From an uncultured virus (IMG/VR IMGVR_UViG_3300009152_000005) (lineage: Duplodnaviria; Heunggongvirae; Uroviricota; Caudoviricetes), in IMG/VR virus record IMGVR_UViG_3300009152_000005: a stretch of 64,000 bases of DNA. One strand, written 5' to 3'. The translations under genes and the position numbers were made by a program. How positions within the stretch are numbered: position 1 is the stretch's first letter; the number at the start of each line of letters is the position of its first letter. Positions 9,107 through 18,684 of this stretch are shown piece after piece. The notes beneath the pieces were generated by a model that was given only the letters and a program-made list of their open reading frames with translations, did not search any database and was not told where the DNA came from.

Positions 9107-11022
9107 GCGACCTCACCCCAGTTCTCGACCCCGTCATCGGGCGCCGGCCTGTCGGGCTCGACTTTGAGACGTACTACGACGACAAGTGCTCGGTCGTGAA
9201 GCTCGGCGTCGACGCGTACTGCCGGCACCCGGACTTCGACCCGTACCTCATCGCCGTCACGGACGGGAACGAAAAATGGGTCGGCGAGCCCAAGGACTTC
9301 AACTTCTCGGCCCTTGAAGGCGAGACAGTGGTCAGCCACAATGCCGGTTTTGACCGCCAAGTTTTCCATTGGGGGGTCCGCAACGGAAAATGGGACGACG
9401 TGCGGTACAAGGAATGGCACTGCACCGCCAACCTGTCGGCCTACCTATGCGACCACAGGTCCCTGTCCAGCGCGGTCGAACACTTTTTCGGCCGGAAGCT
9501 CTCCAAGGACGTCCGCGACCGCGCCAAAACCAAACGGGTGGCGGACATGAAGCGCGAGGGCTGGTGGGATGACATGATTGCCTACGGTGCCAGCGACACA
9601 GTTGAGTGCCAACGCATTTTTGCGGACTTCGGGCACCTTTGGCCAACCTACGAACGGCGCCTCAGTGAACTGACATACAAGCAGTGCAGCCAAGGCGTGT
9701 TCGTCGACAAAGAGCGTTTACACGACCTCAAGCAGCAGGCCCAGATAGCACTCATCAAGGCCGAAACTGCGTTGCCGTGGCTGGAGACCAACAAGCCGAC
9801 GAGCACCAAGGCCATCGCCGAGGAGTGTCGCAAGCACGGGATTCCCTGCCCTCCTATCAAGTCGAACAGTGACGACGGCGAGGAGCTTTTCGAGGAGTGG
9901 CAGGCGACCTTCGCGCCGCGGTTCCCGTGGGTCCAAGCAGTCACCGCGTGGCGCCGCTTGAACAAGTTCGTGGGCTTCCTTGAAAAAATCGAGGAGCGGC
10001 TTCGCCCGGATGGAAGCATGGGGTTTGAATTGCGCTACGTTGGAGCGCACACCGGGCGTTGGTCGGGTGGCGGCGGACTCAACATGCTCAACCTGCGGAA
10101 GATTCCGCTGCTGCTTGATTCGGAGTGGAAACTGAATCTGGACGACGACCGCGACGTCATGGCGGCCCAACAGTACGAGGACGCGGGAGCGTGGCCCGAG
10201 TGGGTATCCCACGTCCTCGACGTCCGCGGCGTTTTCATCCCCAAGCCGGGCATGAAGTTCGTGATTTCGGACCTCAGCCAGATTGAGCCCCGGGTACTCA
10301 ACTGGCTCGTGGGCAACACCGATTTCTTGGAGATGCTCAAGGGCGGTATGGCGCTCTACGAGGCCCATGCCCGCGCGACGATGGGTTGGACCGGCGGCGT
10401 CCTCAAGAAGGAGAGCAAGGACAAGTACGCGATGGCCAAGGCTCGGGTGCTTGCCCTCGGATATGGAGCAGGCTGGGAGAAGTTCATCGGGATGGCGTTC
10501 ACCTACGCCGGCGTCAAACTCGACGAAGCGACCAGCCGGTCGCAAGTCACGCAGTTCCGGGAAGACAATCCGCTCATCGTCAAGGGCTGGAACAAACTCG
10601 ACGACCAGTTCCGCGCCGCGGTCGGGGGAGACTTCCACATCGAGTTGCCCAACGGGCGCAAGCTGAACTACCACGACGTGAAACGGTCCGTCCGCACCCG
10701 GCAGGACAAGAAGACCAAAGAAATCACCAAGAGCTTCGAGTACACCGCCCAGACCGGCGACAAGCGGGCTTCCTTCTACGGAGGCAAGCTCATGGAGAAC
10801 GCCACGCAGGCCGCCGCACGCGACGTTTTCTGCGAGGGCCTGCTCCGGCTTGAAGACGCAGGCATCCACAGCGTCTGGACGATTTATGACGAGACCGTGA
10901 CGCAGGTCCCGCTTGACACCGACCCCGAGGACGTGCGAGGATTGATGGCTCAGACACCCGACTGGTTGTCGGGATGCCCGATTGACGCCACCGCTGAAAA
11001 CGCTGACCGATACAAGAAGTGA
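9103..11022 (+). CDS. polA: DNA polymerase family A with 3'-5' exonuclease
   Basis: Exo motifs LDFETY, HNAGFD, YGASD; HTGRWSG; motif A SDLSQIEPR; motif B K..VLALGYG; motif C IYDE. Confidence 0.93.
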   Translation: MSDLTPVLDPVIGRRPVGLDFETYYDDKCSVVKLGVDAYCRHPDFDPYLIAVTDGNEKWVGEPKDFNFSALEGETVVSHNAGFDRQVFHWGVRNGKWDDVRYKEWHCTANLSAYLCDHRSLSSAVEHFFGRKLSKDVRDRAKTKRVADMKREGWWDDMIAYGASDTVECQRIFADFGHLWPTYERRLSELTYKQCSQGVFVDKERLHDLKQQAQIALIKAETALPWLETNKPTSTKAIAEECRKHGIPCPPIKSNSDDGEELFEEWQATFAPRFPWVQAVTAWRRLNKFVGFLEKIEERLRPDGSMGFELRYVGAHTGRWSGGGGLNMLNLRKIPLLLDSEWKLNLDDDRDVMAAQQYEDAGAWPEWVSHVLDVRGVFIPKPGMKFVISDLSQIEPRVLNWLVGNTDFLEMLKGGMALYEAHARATMGWTGGVLKKESKDKYAMAKARVLALGYGAGWEKFIGMAFTYAGVKLDEATSRSQVTQFREDNPLIVKGWNKLDDQFRAAVGGDFHIELPNGRKLNYHDVKRSVRTRQDKKTKEITKSFEYTAQTGDKRASFYGGKLMENATQAAARDVFCEGLLRLEDAGIHSVWTIYDETVTQVPLDTDPEDVRGLMAQTPDWLSGCPIDATAENADRYKK

Positions 11023-11067
11023 GCAAGCCCAAACGCTGGAGCATGACGAATCCCCGAAGTCGCGTGC

Positions 11068-11096
11068 TTGACAGCAACCCCGGCCGCACATAGCCT
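11068..11096 (+). promoter_or_regulatory. sigma70-type promoter
   Basis: TTGACA-N17-TAGCCT, 9 nt upstream of the GTG start at 11106. Confidence 0.55.
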
Positions 11097-11105
11097 CCCC
11101 GTCCC

Positions 11106-13334
11106 GTGCCCTACCTGACCCGCCTTAGCACTCTGTCGACATCGCCCGGGAATCCGTGGGAGTTTCAACCACTCCTGCCCATACCGGACAATGTCCGCGG
11201 GAAGTCGAACAAGAAGGAGCGCGACCGCTGGATAAACGACCCCGGCACCGACCATAACGTGTACTCCCTCGTCGTGGGGGTCAACCCGGGGCAGCGTGTG
11301 TCCGCCCCGAGCAAACTCAGCGAGGGCAACCCCCCGCGTGAACTGCTCGGCTTCTGTGCGGACTACGATGCCCCGGTCAGCGAAGAGGCTCTGAAGGAGG
11401 GGTTGGCGAACCTCGGCCGGCACCAGCCGAACTATTTTGAGCGGACGCTGTCCGGCAATGCCCGGCTGCTCTGGTTGTTCGACAAACCGGTGAGTGTCCC
11501 CGGGTACCAGTTCACGAAGGAGTTTTTCGTCTTCGTGCAGGGGAAAATCCGGTTCGACCTCGTCGCACCGTGTCTGGACAAAGGCGCTTTCGAGGCCCCA
11601 GAGCGGTACTACACCAACGCGTGCGATTGGTTTGTGGTACAGCCTACTCCAATGCCATCGGCGTTGGTAGTGGGCTGGCTCCAAGAGTTCAGCACCAAGT
11701 TCAAGTGGGCCGGCGCCGAGTTCAACGAGGTCGGCATCCCGTTGCCGGACATCGCCGCCGAATTGGCTCAGAAGTTCCCTCGATTCTCTGAATGGACCGG
11801 GCCGTTCGAGGAAGGCGCTCAGGGGCCGACTTTCTGGGTGGACGGCTCAACTTCGCCCAAGTCCGCCATCGTGCGCGCCACGGGCATGCAGACGTTCGCA
11901 GACCACGCCGGCAAACCCTTCTTCCACTGGGTCGACCTCTTGGGCACCCAGTTCTTGGACCGCACCAAGGCTGTCAACCTCGGAGCCGCGGTCGACAACA
12001 TTTTTTTCGACGGTCGCAGCTACTTTCGCCAACTCCCGTCCGGCGTGTACCGCCCGTTCGACCGGTCCGACCTCAGCCAGCACCTCAAGGTCACCCGCAA
12101 ACTCAGCCCCAAGCCCGACAAGGCCGGCACCAGCCAGATTGACAGCGCCCTCCAGTTCATCCAAGACCACGGAAACGTGGTTGGAGCCGCGCCGTTCGCT
12201 TTCCGGCCGCACGGACGGTTTTTCCTCAACGGCGAGCCGGTCCTGAATACCCACAGCCGGCGGGTGCTCACGCCCGCAGAAAAAGCGACCAAGTGGGGCG
12301 ATGAAGGCGAGTTCCCATGGCTGTCGAAGTTCCTCACCGGCTTTTTCGACCCCACGGAGCAGCTTGAGTTCTTCCTTGCGTGGTTGGCCCGGTTCTACGC
12401 GACCAGCCACGCACTCGACCCGAGGTCCGGACACAACATCTTCATCGCCGGGGACCAGAACACCGGGAAAACCCTCCTCAGCCGGCGCATCATCGGCGGC
12501 CTGATGAACGGCTCTGTCGAGGCCACCGATTTCTTGATGGGTGCCGACAAGTTCGGTAGCGAGCTGTTCGACTCCGCGGTCTGGACGATTGACGACGGCA
12601 CCGCAGCAGCGGATAGGAGCGGCCACAAACGCTTCAGCGACGCCGTGAAGCGGATGGCCGCCAACCCGACGCACCGGTACCACGCCAAGTTCCGGGTGCC
12701 CCTGATGGTGCAGTGGCAGGGACGGGTCATCGTGACGTGCAACCGGGACGAGGAGTCCATCCAGATGCTGCCGGACCTCAGCCTGACTCTGCTCGACAAA
12801 ATCATGCTGTTTCGCGCTGCCGACAAGGCAGCCGTCCGGTTCCCCGAGCAGGCAGAGATGGACCGGATTCTGGAGCGGGAGCTGCCGTGGTTTGCACGGT
12901 TCCTGCTCGACTACGTCACCCCGGAACACCTCGTCTCGCCCGACACCCGCTTTGGCGTGCGGTGCCACCACGATGAGTCGCTCGTCATCGTTGCCAACCA
13001 GTCGAGCCGGTCCGCGGTCCTGACCGAGGTCCTGATGGATTGGAAAGACGACTACTTCGAGGGCAACAAGGGTTGTCACAAGTGGGAAGGCACCGCGTAC
13101 CAACTCCACAAGGCCATCCTGATGAATCCGGCTTCGGCACAGGCCACTAAGTCGATGACCTCAGAGTCGCTTGCCAGAGGGCTGGTCACACTCAAGACTA
13201 AGGGCGACAAGACGATTGAGTGCCGGCAAGACGGGCCTGTCCGGGTGTTCACCATCCACCGGGAAAACAGCGAACAGCCCAAAGAAACTCCGGAGCCCGC
13301 CGTCAAGTCAGACAGCCGCTTTTCCAAGCCGTGA
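11106..13334 (+). CDS. primase-helicase (AEP-like N-terminus, SF3/DUF5906-like C-terminal ATPase)
   Basis: ADYD...ERTLSGN; Walker A GDQNTGKT; Walker B TIDD; motif C IVTCN. Confidence 0.8.
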   Translation: MPYLTRLSTLSTSPGNPWEFQPLLPIPDNVRGKSNKKERDRWINDPGTDHNVYSLVVGVNPGQRVSAPSKLSEGNPPRELLGFCADYDAPVSEEALKEGLANLGRHQPNYFERTLSGNARLLWLFDKPVSVPGYQFTKEFFVFVQGKIRFDLVAPCLDKGAFEAPERYYTNACDWFVVQPTPMPSALVVGWLQEFSTKFKWAGAEFNEVGIPLPDIAAELAQKFPRFSEWTGPFEEGAQGPTFWVDGSTSPKSAIVRATGMQTFADHAGKPFFHWVDLLGTQFLDRTKAVNLGAAVDNIFFDGRSYFRQLPSGVYRPFDRSDLSQHLKVTRKLSPKPDKAGTSQIDSALQFIQDHGNVVGAAPFAFRPHGRFFLNGEPVLNTHSRRVLTPAEKATKWGDEGEFPWLSKFLTGFFDPTEQLEFFLAWLARFYATSHALDPRSGHNIFIAGDQNTGKTLLSRRIIGGLMNGSVEATDFLMGADKFGSELFDSAVWTIDDGTAAADRSGHKRFSDAVKRMAANPTHRYHAKFRVPLMVQWQGRVIVTCNRDEESIQMLPDLSLTLLDKIMLFRAADKAAVRFPEQAEMDRILERELPWFARFLLDYVTPEHLVSPDTRFGVRCHHDESLVIVANQSSRSAVLTEVLMDWKDDYFEGNKGCHKWEGTAYQLHKAILMNPASAQATKSMTSESLARGLVTLKTKGDKTIECRQDGPVRVFTIHRENSEQPKETPEPAVKSDSRFSKP

Positions 13335-14014
13335 TTGAATACTACTCCAAGCAACAGTTCGAGGACCTCCATTTCAAGGAGCCGCTGAGTGCTGAAGAAG
13401 AACGTCGGCTACTCATCGCGTGGCAGGCGCAAGGCGACCTTGTCGCAAGGGAAAAGCTGGTCACGTCTTTCGCGCTCTACGTCAGCCGCCTCGCCCACAA
13501 GTTCGGTGGGTCGTTCGGCCGGCACGACAACAACATCGGGGACTGCATCGGGGTCGCCAACACCGCCCTGCTTGCGGCCATCGACGGGTATGCGCTCGGA
13601 CGTGCTGACGCACCGCGGTTGACGGGGCTCATCTACTTGCTGGTTCGCCGGGAGGTCATCAACTTTGTCAAGAAGCAAGAGGCGGGGCAACTGTGCTGGA
13701 CCTCGGACGTGAGCAAAGCCATCAACGAGCTTCCGGCTGAAGAACGCGCAAGCAAGGAAGGTTTGGAGACCCCGTTTGAGTACCCGGACGAAGATTTGTT
13801 GTCCCGGGGAGCCGAGGATGAACTCCTCAAGACACAGCTCACCGCACTCCTCAGCAAGCTGCCGGAAGACGAACAAACCGTCGTCCGCGCCAAGTTTTTT
13901 GAGGGTCTGAACTACAAGGACACCGGCCGCAAGTTCAACCCCGTCAAATCGACGTGGGAGGTGCGCAGGATTTGGAACCAAGCTGCCGCCACCCTGCGAT
14001 GGGGGCTCACCTGA
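13331..14014 (+). CDS. RNA polymerase sigma-70 family factor
   Basis: LSAEEERRL...AREKLV (regions 1.2/2), ALLAAIDGY, LPEDEQTVV...FFEGLNY (region 4). Confidence 0.85.
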   Translation: MIEYYSKQQFEDLHFKEPLSAEEERRLLIAWQAQGDLVAREKLVTSFALYVSRLAHKFGGSFGRHDNNIGDCIGVANTALLAAIDGYALGRADAPRLTGLIYLLVRREVINFVKKQEAGQLCWTSDVSKAINELPAEERASKEGLETPFEYPDEDLLSRGAEDELLKTQLTALLSKLPEDEQTVVRAKFFEGLNYKDTGRKFNPVKSTWEVRRIWNQAAATLRWGLT

Positions 14015-14526
14015 TGGGACCCATTTTTGGCCTCGACCTCGGAACGAAAACAGGGTGGAGCGTGCGGCACACCAACGGCCAAATTGATGGTGGGACATGG
14101 CGGCTGGCGACCGAAAAACAGCTTCGTGAAGCTCGCAAAGTGGGCAAGGACCGTTCGGGTGACATCCGTGTGTTCGAGCTTGAGGAAACCCTTCGCGACA
14201 ACGCCGCCTTCCATAAGGCGCAAGCTCTTGGCGGTACCGTGACGTGGGCTTTCGAGGACGTCCAGTTCCTCAGCAGCCAAGCGCAGAGCCAGCTCTGGGC
14301 GAGCTTCCGGACCGTGGTGTGGATTGTCGCCCACGAACACGGATTCCGGGTATTGCCCGTGCCTGTCGGGACCCTCAAAAAGTTTGCGACGGGTCACGGC
14401 AACGCGACCAAGGAAATGATGCTCGCAGCACTCCGCAAGACCGATGAGATTTTTCCTGTTGACGCGGACGACAATGAAGTGGACGCTCGGTGGCTGAGAC
14501 GGTTTGCGGCCCAGAAAGGCCAGTGA
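14014..14526 (+). CDS. RuvC-like Holliday junction resolvase
   Basis: GLDLGTKTGW, FEDV, TLKKFATGHGNATK, DDNEVDA. Confidence 0.85.
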   Translation: MGPIFGLDLGTKTGWSVRHTNGQIDGGTWRLATEKQLREARKVGKDRSGDIRVFELEETLRDNAAFHKAQALGGTVTWAFEDVQFLSSQAQSQLWASFRTVVWIVAHEHGFRVLPVPVGTLKKFATGHGNATKEMMLAALRKTDEIFPVDADDNEVDARWLRRFAAQKGQ

Positions 14527-14547
14527 CCCGGACTCGCTATCAAAAAT

Positions 14548-14871
14548 ATGAGACCATACCGCTTGAAACAAGGTGCCGCAACGGGAGAACCCGGCTTCGA
14601 CGGAACTATCCGCAAGGGAGTCAACTTCGAGGACTTCAAACAATCGACATTCGCGCAGCGTCGGAAGACGTGGATAAATGCCCCCATCGGAGCCAAGTCT
14701 TCCTTGGCGACAATCCGTCGGTCTGTCCGGTGTTCCGAGGCACACCTCCGCCAGCATCGCCCCGATGGCGGGCCTCGGGTCCTGTTCTCCGACATCGCGT
14801 CCATGGACCGGTCGGAGTTGCTTCAAGCCGGCAAGTTTTTGCAAGAGGAGGCCCGAAAACTCAAGGTATGA
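14548..14871 (+). CDS. hypothetical protein
   Basis: 107-aa ORF, ATGA overlap with next gene. Confidence 0.5.
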   Translation: MRPYRLKQGAATGEPGFDGTIRKGVNFEDFKQSTFAQRRKTWINAPIGAKSSLATIRRSVRCSEAHLRQHRPDGGPRVLFSDIASMDRSELLQAGKFLQEEARKLKV

Positions 14872-15422
14872 GCGACGTTCAACAAGTCCAACATACAGTC
14901 AGTCTCCGGGACGGGCTTGACCGGACCACCATCCAAGTTGGGATTTGCCTCAACACCATCAAGACTCTGGAGGGTCTGCTGGTCCGTGAGGACTACTACG
15001 AGGACGCGGAGACCATCCCGGGACAAGAAGCGGAGCTTGAAGGCGGTTGCCCCTCTGCGGCAGCGGTGGCGTTCATCGCGACCTGCGACCGCTTGACGCG
15101 CCTCATGCAGGACGATACCCGTTTCACCAAGATGCCCGAGCCGGGAGGAGCCCTCGCCGTGTACACGGAAGAGTCCAAGGCCCGTACACGCGCTGCAAAA
15201 GCAGCGGAAGACGCAAGCCAAGAGACCAGACAGGCGGCGGTGGCCTCACGGACTCCGCACGCAAACCTTCGGCCGTCACTGCGGCGCACTCCAGACGGCT
15301 GGGCAGCTCTGTACGGAGACGCCAGCGACGTTGACACCTGTGTCATCGGCACGGGAGCCACTCCGATGGAAGCTCTCCTTGATTTCGACAGAGCCTGCAA
15401 CATTCCGACCAAAAAACCATGA
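14868..15422 (+). CDS. hypothetical protein
   Basis: 184-aa ORF with W.ALYG...GTGATPMEALLDFD; ATGA overlaps on both sides. Confidence 0.6.
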   Translation: MSDVQQVQHTVSLRDGLDRTTIQVGICLNTIKTLEGLLVREDYYEDAETIPGQEAELEGGCPSAAAVAFIATCDRLTRLMQDDTRFTKMPEPGGALAVYTEESKARTRAAKAAEDASQETRQAAVASRTPHANLRPSLRRTPDGWAALYGDASDVDTCVIGTGATPMEALLDFDRACNIPTKKP

Positions 15423-16573
15423 CGGCAGAAACCGCACAAATCATCCAAAACCACCTCAAAAATGGTCGCGGGATACAGGAGACCGCCGACATTTGCGGGG
15501 TCTCCCGCCACGCTGTTTTCCGGCTGTCCAAGAAGCTCGCTTTGCCTGCCAAGGCTCTGGCGCAGCCGGAGAAGGTCGACGTCCTGACGGCAGTCCGGCG
15601 TGCTCTCCTGACGCCGATGAGCCTGTCAAAGCTCATCGGCGTCATCGGGGCACCCCCCGCCGCGGTGGATGAAGCACTCAAACAGCTTTCTGCCGAAGGT
15701 GTGCTTGGTCAACACGGCGACCTGCTTTCCATCGAGAAGCCTGCCTTCGGCCGGATTCCACTCAACTTCTTGGACCGCGGCGGCTGGGTCACTGTCGGGC
15801 TCGTCGCTGACACCCACCTCGCCTGCAAGGAGGAGCGTCTGGCCGAGTTGCACGTCATGTACGACCTGTTTGCCAAGGAGGGCATCAAAGAGGTCTTCCA
15901 CGCCGGCAACATCGTGGATGGGTACGTCCCGCGCATCAACGGGGCATCGGTCATCGTCTCCGGGATTGACGACCAAGCACTGTACGTGGTCGACAACTAC
16001 CCGCAGCGCGCCGGCATCACCACCTTTTTCATCACCGGCGACGACCACGAGGGTTGGTGGCAGAAAGAGGGTTTCAACTACGGCTGGTACCAGCAACAGG
16101 TCGCGGAACGTGAAGGCCGGAAGGACTTGAAGTACATCGGCCACGTTGAAGGCGACGTCGCCATCAAGGTGCGCGAGGGTGCCCGGGACGTCATGCTGAA
16201 AATCCAGCACCCCGGCGGCGGGAGCTGCTACGCCCGCAGCTACACCGGCCAGAAACAGGTCGAGGCGTTTCAAGGCGGCGAGAAGCCGGACATCTTGGTG
16301 CAAGGGCATTACCACGTCGCCAACTACATGCCCGAACGCAACGTGCATGTCATCGGGATGCCGGGCTTCCAGAACCAGACGGTGTTTGCCCGCAAAAAGC
16401 GTCTGCGCATGGAGGTCGGTGGCGCCATCCTCCGATTCAAGACGACCGAGCAGGGCGCCGTGTCCCGGTGCCAAGTCGAGTTCACGATGTTCTACGACCG
16501 GGGCTTCTACACGCCCTTCCTGCGCTCGGACAGTCGCCTCATTCAAGGCAAACTAGCCATCAACAAAGCGTGA
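15419..16573 (+). CDS. calcineurin-like metallophosphoesterase with N-terminal HTH
   Basis: DTH, HAGNIVDG, GDDHE, HP, GHYH; HTH IQETADICGVSRHAV. Confidence 0.85.
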   Translation: MTAETAQIIQNHLKNGRGIQETADICGVSRHAVFRLSKKLALPAKALAQPEKVDVLTAVRRALLTPMSLSKLIGVIGAPPAAVDEALKQLSAEGVLGQHGDLLSIEKPAFGRIPLNFLDRGGWVTVGLVADTHLACKEERLAELHVMYDLFAKEGIKEVFHAGNIVDGYVPRINGASVIVSGIDDQALYVVDNYPQRAGITTFFITGDDHEGWWQKEGFNYGWYQQQVAEREGRKDLKYIGHVEGDVAIKVREGARDVMLKIQHPGGGSCYARSYTGQKQVEAFQGGEKPDILVQGHYHVANYMPERNVHVIGMPGFQNQTVFARKKRLRMEVGGAILRFKTTEQGAVSRCQVEFTMFYDRGFYTPFLRSDSRLIQGKLAINKA

Positions 16574-16577
16574 TTTT

Positions 16578-16690
16578 TAGCGGGACGGTGCCGTCTGCGA
16601 AGTCGGCTGTCTGATGGGGACATAGTGTATAGTAGCACCCCTGCCGCAAGGTGTCCCGGCGACAAGTTCAGGTAACCCATCCGTCTAGCC
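16578..16690 (+). ncRNA. candidate structured RNA or leader
   Basis: Nested stems gatggg/cccatc, gggaca/tgtccc and cc-GCAA-gg tetraloop in an intergenic gap before a terminator. Confidence 0.35.
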
Positions 16691-16715
16691 CACGTCACGG
16701 GCCTTTTTTTTTTTT
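16688..16715 (+). terminator. intrinsic terminator
   Basis: gccc-acgtcac-gggc followed by 12 T. Confidence 0.7.
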
Positions 16716-16719
16716 GAAC

Positions 16720-17127
16720 ATGGCTCGATGCACCACACCGCGGTGTCGGAAGGCGGTTCTGCCGAGCGGCAAAAGCCCTTACTGCAACCGGTGCAAGGCG
16801 CGCCGGTTCAAGGAGGCCCACCCGTTGAAGTACGCCTTCAACAAGCTCCGGGGCCGGGCACGCGAGCGGGGTCACCAGTTCAGCTTGTCGCTGTCCCAAT
16901 TCATGGACCTTGCCCACAAGTCAGGATGGGCCACCGGCCGGGGCAAGACGGCGGACAGCCTCAGTTTTGACCGGATTGACGAGACGCAGGGCTACCACGT
17001 CGACAATTTGCAGGTCCTGACGCTGTCCGAGAACTCCGCTAAGTCCAATCGGTTTCGGTATGTCAAGCTGCCGCCGGCCTTGCGCGCGGAACTAGAAGCA
17101 GCTCGGGCGACGCAGGAACCTTTTTGA
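16720..17127 (+). CDS. HNH-like endonuclease with N-terminal Zn finger
   Basis: C-x4-C and CxxC; RARERG..F.L; SFDRIDETQGYHVDNLQVLTLSENSAK (beta-beta-alpha-Me motif). Confidence 0.75.
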   Translation: MARCTTPRCRKAVLPSGKSPYCNRCKARRFKEAHPLKYAFNKLRGRARERGHQFSLSLSQFMDLAHKSGWATGRGKTADSLSFDRIDETQGYHVDNLQVLTLSENSAKSNRFRYVKLPPALRAELEAARATQEPF

Positions 17128-17172
17128 CGATTTTTGTGTACACGTCGCCCGGAGACGTGCTCTACTCAGCAC

Positions 17173-17682
17173 ATGAAAACGGACGAGCAAAATTTGGTTG
17201 GAAAACATGCGTTTGAAGTGGCCGGACTCGGTCTCGCACCATTCCGATTCGTGGGGTTGTCTGAGAACAGCATCGCTCACCCGGATGGCAGCACCCAAGC
17301 GGGTGGGACTTGCGACTACTGCTCGACAGGAATCCGGCACGAATGCCACATCGTGTCCTCAGACGGAAAACGGTCCAAGGTCGGGTGCAACTGCATCGAA
17401 AAAGTCGGAGACAAAGGGCTTTTTCATGCGTACAAGAACTCGCCAGAGCTGCGGGCGCATAAGCGAAAGCTGGCCCAAACCAAGGCCCTCGCGGTCCATG
17501 GGGAGCTTTTGGCTTTGCTGACCACACAGGAGACAACGCTGCGGGCTAAACCGCACCCCCGGGGTTTTCTTGACCGGGCCACAGGGCTCCCGTTGACCGC
17601 ATGGGACGACGTGCAGTGGTGCCTCAGCAACAACGGGGACTCGGGAAAAGCCGCTTGGCTTCGGGTGCTCAAGAAAGCATGA
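17173..17682 (+). CDS. hypothetical Zn-binding protein
   Basis: TCDYCSTGI...VGCNCI. Confidence 0.65.
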   Translation: MKTDEQNLVGKHAFEVAGLGLAPFRFVGLSENSIAHPDGSTQAGGTCDYCSTGIRHECHIVSSDGKRSKVGCNCIEKVGDKGLFHAYKNSPELRAHKRKLAQTKALAVHGELLALLTTQETTLRAKPHPRGFLDRATGLPLTAWDDVQWCLSNNGDSGKAAWLRVLKKA

Positions 17683-17948
17683 GAAAACGTGGCGATAGCA
17701 GACCCGACGGCTTCCGCTTCTGGGGGTACAAGAAAAAGCTCCGTGCAGACGGCAGCGTCTACTTCAAGGAGCACTGGCGGTCGCCGGAATCCTACGCTCG
17801 GCTGGTCGAGCAGACCCGGCGACTCAGCCGGGAGTGGAAGGCGCGTTGGACAATATCCGCTGGACTTCCACGGATACCTCGGGGCGCGGAGCCTCGCCGG
17901 TCTTCAACGCGGTTTTCACCGCATCCCGAGTCTCGGGGTCCCGCTTGA
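17679..17948 (+). CDS. hypothetical protein
   Basis: KRGD.R.DG..FWGY...EHW motif; ATGA overlap; 3' end overlaps the convergent gene. Confidence 0.5.
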   Translation: MRKRGDSRPDGFRFWGYKKKLRADGSVYFKEHWRSPESYARLVEQTRRLSREWKARWTISAGLPRIPRGAEPRRSSTRFSPHPESRGPA

Positions 17949-18684
17949 GGGCCTCGATTTTCAAGACCGCAAACTGAGCGACCTCGTTGGTCAGGTCGTT
18001 TGCCTCTCGCAGCACTACGCCGGCTTTTTCTGCGACTCCCGGCACTTTCTGGACGAAATGGGAGACCTGATGGCTCAGGAAAGTCGACACCCACGAACCG
18101 ATGATGCCGGTACCGCCCATGGCGATGCTGGCCACGCGGATGATTTTCGGGAGCATCCAGAGGCCGACCAGACCGGACACCACCCACCAAAAAGTGTGCT
18201 TGTACGTGGTGTACGTCTGGGCGATGGACGCGGTCGATAGCAGCAACTGGTCCTTGGCGGCCTCGCTACGGGTTTCCTGCTTGTCCAGCCGTTGCTGGGT
18301 GGCCTGAAGAGCTACGGCACCGCCGGTGAACTTTTCAAGCCGCGCAGCCGCGTCGGCCCTTTGTGCAGGTACTTCCGACAAAGTGCCGACAACCACCTTG
18401 TCGAGAGTGACGGCGTCGGCAACGTCAGGAGCGCCAAGGACGACCGCTGCTTGTCGATTCAGCGTCCGGGCCAGCTCCGTTGGCGGGTTGGTAGGAGCCT
18501 TGTCCAAAGCAACCTCGGTAGCGTAGACCAGCGCCCGGCCCTTGGCGTCGAGCTTGTCGTGTACAACCGCCTGTTCCATGCGGATGCGCTCGGTTTTGGC
18601 GACCGCGTTTTTGGCCTGCCGACTGGGTGAAAAACAGCCGGTCAAAAGCAGCGCCGCGACGAAAAGGGGCGAGAGGACCTTCAT
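17824..18684 (-). CDS. lipoprotein with internal TM segment (putative unimolecular spanin)
   Basis: Signal peptide and lipobox LLTG-C; helical middle; TM FWWVVSGLVGLWMLP. Confidence 0.6.
   Translation of the reverse strand: MKVLSPLFVAALLLTGCFSPSRQAKNAVAKTERIRMEQAVVHDKLDAKGRALVYATEVALDKAPTNPPTELARTLNRQAAVVLGAPDVADAVTLDKVVVGTLSEVPAQRADAAARLEKFTGGAVALQATQQRLDKQETRSEAAKDQLLLSTASIAQTYTTYKHTFWWVVSGLVGLWMLPKIIRVASIAMGGTGIIGSWVSTFLSHQVSHFVQKVPGVAEKAGVVLREANDLTNEVAQFAVLKIEALKRDPETRDAVKTALKTGEAPRPEVSVEVQRILSNAPSTPG

Noticed and set aside
2701..13109. Long minus-strand ORFs (2701-4140, 4480-5631, 7437-8483, 9718-11091, 11847-13109)
   Set aside because: Antisense shadows of well-supported + strand genes, expected at high GC3; no motifs.
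16611..16680. Hammerhead ribozyme or tRNA at the 16.6-kb element
   Set aside because: CTGATGG lacks the CTGANGA and GAAA core; no T-arm or acceptor pairing for a tRNA.
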